Virus record (IMG/VR): IMGVR_UViG_3300017700_000830
Coordinates: 1-39,564 of that record
Source: a virus
Taxonomy: Duplodnaviria > Caudoviricetes
Reading direction: 5' to 3' (one strand)
DNA: 39,564 nt
Shown piece by piece: positions 35,158 to 39,564 of the stretch. Both the position numbers and the translations under genes were made by a program. The number at the start of each line of letters is the position of its first letter. Position 1 is the stretch's first letter. The notes under the pieces are model-generated. The model searched no databases. It saw only the letters and a list, made by a program, of their open reading frames with translations, and had not been told where the DNA came from.

Positions 35158-35870
35158 TACATCAACTCCTTGTGACGTAGAACCTTAACTGTAACCCGTT
35201 GAAGCCAACCGCCCCAAACATCACGGCTAGACAGTCTATTTGTTTGATGGTGTCCAATACATCCGTCTCCCAGGAATATGGCACCATGGTTTGGAACGGG
35301 GGATGAAACTTTCATTAGAAGTCCATCATGTTTCTGGGGAACCCCGCCCACCTGAACGAATCCCGCTTTTTCGAATCCCTCGGTGTATAGGTCAAGTCCT
35401 TTCAACCACCACTCATCGGGTCGAATAAAGTCTGGCAGAGTTATGTTTAACTCTCGTTGGTAATAGTCTTGAATGAATGTATAACAGTCCAACACCCCGT
35501 GGGAAAACTGACGACCATACAGAGGAGCGACATAGCCACTGGGCTCAAAGGTATGGGTTACTCCAGTGGGCCAGTTAACAATCAACCAGGGTAGACCAGA
35601 CCGCTCACAATTGACGAGATCAGAGTCAGATGGAAGCGGAGCAATATTTGGATGCGAATGCACCACCATCACTACCTCACCGGTATCCTCGGCATCCGCC
35701 TGTGCCTTACTGTCCATGGTAAAGTGCTCATTGCTTTCAGCCACATTTGGAATTGGCACGTATCGTTCTTTCCCCCTCACGATAAGAACAAGACCGCAAC
35801 TCTCACGCGGGTAGTCCTTCTCAGCGTGCGCACGAATCGCAGCAAGGGTATTTTCGTTAAGGGTAATCAT
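35157..35870 (-). CDS. Tail tip protein (lambda K-like; JAB/MPN plus NlpC/P60)
   Basis: YPRESCG, VHSHP...PS..D; DCY, NHGAI.LG...HH. Confidence 0.92.
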   Translation of the reverse strand: MITLNENTLAAIRAHAEKDYPRESCGLVLIVRGKERYVPIPNVAESNEHFTMDSKAQADAEDTGEVVMVVHSHPNIAPLPSDSDLVNCERSGLPWLIVNWPTGVTHTFEPSGYVAPLYGRQFSHGVLDCYTFIQDYYQRELNITLPDFIRPDEWWLKGLDLYTEGFEKAGFVQVGGVPQKHDGLLMKVSSPVPNHGAIFLGDGCIGHHQTNRLSSRDVWGGWLQRVTVKVLRHKELM

Positions 35871-36559
35871 CGGATAAGTCCTACACCTGGAAATCCACCA
35901 AAGGGGAGAGATGCGTACTGCCCGAAGCGTAACTTACAAGAGCCCAGACGCTTGCCGCACTGATCGAGTGTGGGGTCTGTGGTCGCTACGTCATTACGGT
36001 CAGCCACAGGGCCGCCAGCGTATCCGCATTCGGCACTGCGATAGCCCCAGGTACAAACGTTCTGGATACACTGGCGGCCCGGAATTTTTTTGCCTCTGAC
36101 ATCAAAGGCTGCTGCCAATTCGAATTCAACAAACAAACCATGTTCAGCAGATTTCCGATCCACAAACCACACTTCGTCTGAGAAAGCGCAGTTGGGATCC
36201 GCCTCGGGATTTACCCCTCCGGGGAAGTTAATTGGGTCAAGATATTTTGAAAATGTACGCCGACGAATAAGTTTGGCCCCCACCAGATCGTTAAGGCTGC
36301 GGGCTACAGCTCCAACCAGTCCGGTAACGTTTCCAACTCTTACTTTGGGGCGAGGCAGTGCTCCCTTGGAATTTTTCTCGAACCCCGTGGCTTCAATCGG
36401 CAGAGGACTGTAGGCATTCCCATTCCACACAATCGAATTCCCCAGCTGATTCGTGTGGTTGGCCCACCGCAGAATATCACCCCCTATGTCCGTGGTATCC
36501 AGCTCAAAAAGGTTGACCAGTTTTCCGGGGGTTAGGGTTTGGATGTCAGAGGAAATCAT
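35867..36559 (-). CDS. Minor tail protein (lambda L-like)
   Basis: PIEATGFE...G.LPRP; C.W.YR..ECGY...D.C.K....CK.RF...FGGFPG. Confidence 0.92.
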   Translation of the reverse strand: MISSDIQTLTPGKLVNLFELDTTDIGGDILRWANHTNQLGNSIVWNGNAYSPLPIEATGFEKNSKGALPRPKVRVGNVTGLVGAVARSLNDLVGAKLIRRRTFSKYLDPINFPGGVNPEADPNCAFSDEVWFVDRKSAEHGLFVEFELAAAFDVRGKKIPGRQCIQNVCTWGYRSAECGYAGGPVADRNDVATTDPTLDQCGKRLGSCKLRFGQYASLPFGGFPGVGLIR

Positions 36560-36882
36560 TCAAAGGTCTCCTCAAATGTTGCGGTAATTGTGTCATACCC
36601 GTCGTCAGATGAGCGATTCCAGGTAAGGACAATGAAGGTACCGGCTGGACCATTGGGGGGAGTCCAATCAAAAGAAAGTTCACCCTCGGTTGCTTTTAGA
36701 AAAGCATCAATGGCATCCATCTCGGCCAGGTCTAGTTTGAAGGATACGGACCATTTCCGCTTGAGGGTATTGATGCCATCACCCACACGTTGCTGGTATC
36801 CGTCTCCGAATTGCGCCCGACGAACGCGAGGCGTGTTTTCAACAGATGCCCCATAGCGTGGATTCCATGTAAAAGTGCTCAT
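36556..36882 (-). CDS. Minor tail protein (lambda M-like)
   Basis: TFTW...P.VR...FGDGYQQR..DGIN...F.WTPP...ATFE. Confidence 0.92.
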   Translation of the reverse strand: MSTFTWNPRYGASVENTPRVRRAQFGDGYQQRVGDGINTLKRKWSVSFKLDLAEMDAIDAFLKATEGELSFDWTPPNGPAGTFIVLTWNRSSDDGYDTITATFEETFE

Positions 36883-39564
36883 GACAATATTCCTCCAGGC
36901 ATCTTCTCTTCAATAAGCACGCCGCGAACGGCGTTTCCGAATTTAGTCCCAAGAGCCTTAGAGTCCTCATCATTACCCTCAGCCTGGGTACCTCGTGCAT
37001 CCACATAGACAGTCACCTGGGGAGGGGCACCGCCCACAGACTGACCTTTACTCCGGTCGATAACAGTTTCCTGTGGGTGCAGAATAGCTCGGAAGCCTCC
37101 CTTGCCGTCGACCCCACCTGTACGCGGGCCGGATCCGGTGTCCCCACCTCCGTCGAAACCTGGTACTAAGAAATCAGCTCCCATGTTACCAACACCGCCG
37201 ACCCCACCCCCAAACAGGCCCGAGAACATAGAACCCAGTCCCCCAAATCCGCCGCCACCTCCTCCCATGCCGTCGAGGAGTTTAGTAGCCGCGGCTTTGA
37301 TTTGAATGCGGATCAGGTCAGTGATGATGCTCTCAGCGAGACTACGGAAATCCAGTTTACCGGTTTTAACGAATTGAACCAGTGCGTCCTCCATCCCTCC
37401 GAAGGCCCGGGTGACCAGGTCCTGGGTCTGTTTGAAGACGTTTGCTGATTCGTCAGCATAGTTTCGCAAACCCTCCTGAGCCCCAAGCCACCAATCGCTC
37501 TCAGTAGCTGTCAGGGCATCGTAGTACCGCTTGTAGCTTTCCAAGGCCTCAGCCTGAAATCGCTTGATGCGTTCAACCTCTTCGTTGTAGCGCTCTGGAT
37601 CACTGTCGAAAGCCCCTTGACGCTTGTCACTTTCCAGCTGCAGACGTTGCTGACTGTATTTATCTTCGATCTGAGCCAGACCGGCATTGCGATCGCGGGT
37701 TTTGCTGCCCTGTCCCACACCCTGGAGTGTGCGATCGTATTGCTTGTTGACCGTGTCCAAATAAGCCCGAGCAGCTGCTTCAGCCTCGGTATAGGCAACC
37801 GTCCGCTGTTTCAAGATGACGGCTGTTTCTCCTGCTCCTTTTATCTGAGCCTGAGCGTAGTCCCTTTCCACCTCAGCCAGTTTTCCAACAATAACCTCCT
37901 GTTCCTTCTGGGAGTTCTTTTTCTGCTTCAGAAGTTCAAGTTCGGCATTCAGGATGGCAGATCGCTCCATCCAGACCTGAAATTCGTGATCCAGGCCCTC
38001 GGAAATGGCCTGTAGCTGGCTTTTTTCACCCAGTTTAACCAGGAACCCCATCTGAGTGTTGAAATCGGCCCTGCTATCCAATACTGCCTTGTCGGCATTC
38101 TTGTAAGACTGGACCTGCTCAGCCAGGTAGTCCTTGGTTGCTGCAGCTCCATCCTTTAGACCTGCACGTTCAGCCTTGCCGGCTTCAGATTTCTTGAAAG
38201 TTCTCGTGGCCAACTCGGAGACCTGAGCTATGTAATCCTTCTCCGACAGGATACCGGCTTTCTTAGCAATCTCCAATTTATTCAAATCCTTGAGATAGTT
38301 TTCATCAATTCCGGCCAACCTGGTACGAACGTCAACCAGATCTTTAGTAGCCTTGGCCTGCGCGGCTTCTTCCTGTGCGTCGAAGGTTTTACGACTGCCC
38401 TGACCCGGGAAGTTAGAACGAACATCTGGAGTAGCAGTCTTATTCTTGACATCAGACTCGGCCTTGCGGAACTGTTGTTTGGCAACCTCTAATTGTGCAG
38501 CCACAGCAGCAGTCTGAGCAGTGAACATACTACCGCCGGGGCCGGCTGACTTTTTCTTCAAGACTTCCAGTTGATTCGACAGGCTGATGACATCCCGAGC
38601 AGCAGTGCGTAATGAGCCTTGATTGTTGAATTTCTCGACATCATTGGCCAGCTGGTCCATGATCCCGGTTCCGGTATTTAGACCACCCGCGAATAGGGCT
38701 GCGATACCAGAATCACCCAGAGCAGTCTTCAAACGGAAGATTGCGGTTTCCATGCGGTTTGTTGCAGCACCAAGACGGTTGGCAGCTTTTTCCGCGCCTC
38801 CGCCAATTTCCTCTTCCAATTGTTTGGCGAATTTCGGCAGGAAGTCAGTTGCGATAACTGATCCGCTTTCAAGCAGTTTCCCGAGTTCCTGGGTGGTGAC
38901 CCCCATGGCACGAGCGGCGATCTGGAAGGCGCCAGGCAAACGTTCACCCAGCTGACCGCGAAGCTCTTCGGCCTGAACCGTACCCTTGCTAATCATCTGT
39001 TGCAAGGCAAGCAGTGCACCTGTGGATTGTTCAGATGACAGACCCATAACAGCCGAGGCCCGGGAGACTGATTCGAAAATAGCCTTGGCTCCAGCACCCT
39101 CGAGAGTAGTTCCGCGTGCCGCAGCTGCAAGTCCGGTATAAGCTGTAGCAGTGGATTGCAGAGACAGACCTAGCTTATTCGACAGGGCAGTCACGTAAGC
39201 CAGTTCTTGCACCCCCTGTCCACCTGAAGCATAGTCCAATCCGATGCGCAAACGTTCAGCCTGGACACTGGCGTCATATAAGCTTTTCGCGAGGGTGATC
39301 GGGATTGCCACAGCAGCAGCCATTGCGAAGAAAGCGATGGTGGCCATTTTGACTGACTTGGCCATCGTATCCGTCGAACTGGAAGTGCGATTGTGTGCTT
39401 CCTGGGTGCTGATGAGTTGATCCACATAGGCCCTCTGAGACCTGGTCATGCTCAGGAGGGCCGCGTCGTAGCGCATGGCCTCAGTGGTTGACTTCCCGAG
39501 CAGTGCGTTCTGACGCTCGAGACGTGCGATGAAAGAGTCAGTCGTGTTGGCAGCTTGGCCAAGA
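36879..39564 (-). CDS. Tail tape measure protein (5' end outside window)
   Basis: QM.SKG.VQAEELRGQLGERLPGA tape-measure domain; lambda-H-like C-terminus; frame open to window end. Confidence 0.92.
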   Translation of the reverse strand, partial: LGQAANTTDSFIARLERQNALLGKSTTEAMRYDAALLSMTRSQRAYVDQLISTQEAHNRTSSSTDTMAKSVKMATIAFFAMAAAVAIPITLAKSLYDASVQAERLRIGLDYASGGQGVQELAYVTALSNKLGLSLQSTATAYTGLAAAARGTTLEGAGAKAIFESVSRASAVMGLSSEQSTGALLALQQMISKGTVQAEELRGQLGERLPGAFQIAARAMGVTTQELGKLLESGSVIATDFLPKFAKQLEEEIGGGAEKAANRLGAATNRMETAIFRLKTALGDSGIAALFAGGLNTGTGIMDQLANDVEKFNNQGSLRTAARDVISLSNQLEVLKKKSAGPGGSMFTAQTAAVAAQLEVAKQQFRKAESDVKNKTATPDVRSNFPGQGSRKTFDAQEEAAQAKATKDLVDVRTRLAGIDENYLKDLNKLEIAKKAGILSEKDYIAQVSELATRTFKKSEAGKAERAGLKDGAAATKDYLAEQVQSYKNADKAVLDSRADFNTQMGFLVKLGEKSQLQAISEGLDHEFQVWMERSAILNAELELLKQKKNSQKEQEVIVGKLAEVERDYAQAQIKGAGETAVILKQRTVAYTEAEAAARAYLDTVNKQYDRTLQGVGQGSKTRDRNAGLAQIEDKYSQQRLQLESDKRQGAFDSDPERYNEEVERIKRFQAEALESYKRYYDALTATESDWWLGAQEGLRNYADESANVFKQTQDLVTRAFGGMEDALVQFVKTGKLDFRSLAESIITDLIRIQIKAAATKLLDGMGGGGGGFGGLGSMFSGLFGGGVGGVGNMGADFLVPGFDGGGDTGSGPRTGGVDGKGGFRAILHPQETVIDRSKGQSVGGAPPQVTVYVDARGTQAEGNDEDSKALGTKFGNAVRGVLIEEKMPGGILS

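Noticed and set aside
1-39564. tRNA, rRNA, integrase, transposase, reverse transcriptase
   Set aside because: None recognisable by eye; intergenic gaps are short and explained by promoters or terminators.

Overview
This window is part of a tailed dsDNA phage genome, probably a siphovirus infecting a Gram-negative host (lambda-like tail tip genes, GH19 endolysin, nested Rz/Rz1 spanins). It has four blocks. (1) 1-5649, leftward: small accessory genes, DUF4326, denV, a primase-helicase and an unannotated HTH gene. (2) 5775-17823, rightward nucleotide-metabolism and replication operon: dNMP kinase, MazG-like pyrophosphatase, ThyX, three thymidylate-synthase-fold genes, ligase, dCMP deaminase, UDG-PolA fusion, PD-(D/E)xK nuclease, Sak4-like ATPase and SSB-like proteins. 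(3) 18093-26752: a secreted Gly/Asn-rich protein, then small putative early genes and a SNF2-like helicase, with five copies of a palindrome-containing promoter. (4) 26742-39564, leftward lysis and tail genes, cut off within the tape measure gene. The best candidate for an undescribed system is the TS-fold trio. All three carry Asp at the Asn177-equivalent (cytosine-specificity) position, two are degenerate paralogs of each other, and ThyX can supply dTMP separately. This points to a possible cytosine-modification pathway. Other highlights are a Hint/BIL domain inserted in tail tip protein J, an operator-like CAAGATCTTG palindrome in the repeated promoters, and a beta-clamp-like motif on the polymerase. 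All family calls come from motif recognition by eye; no searches were run.
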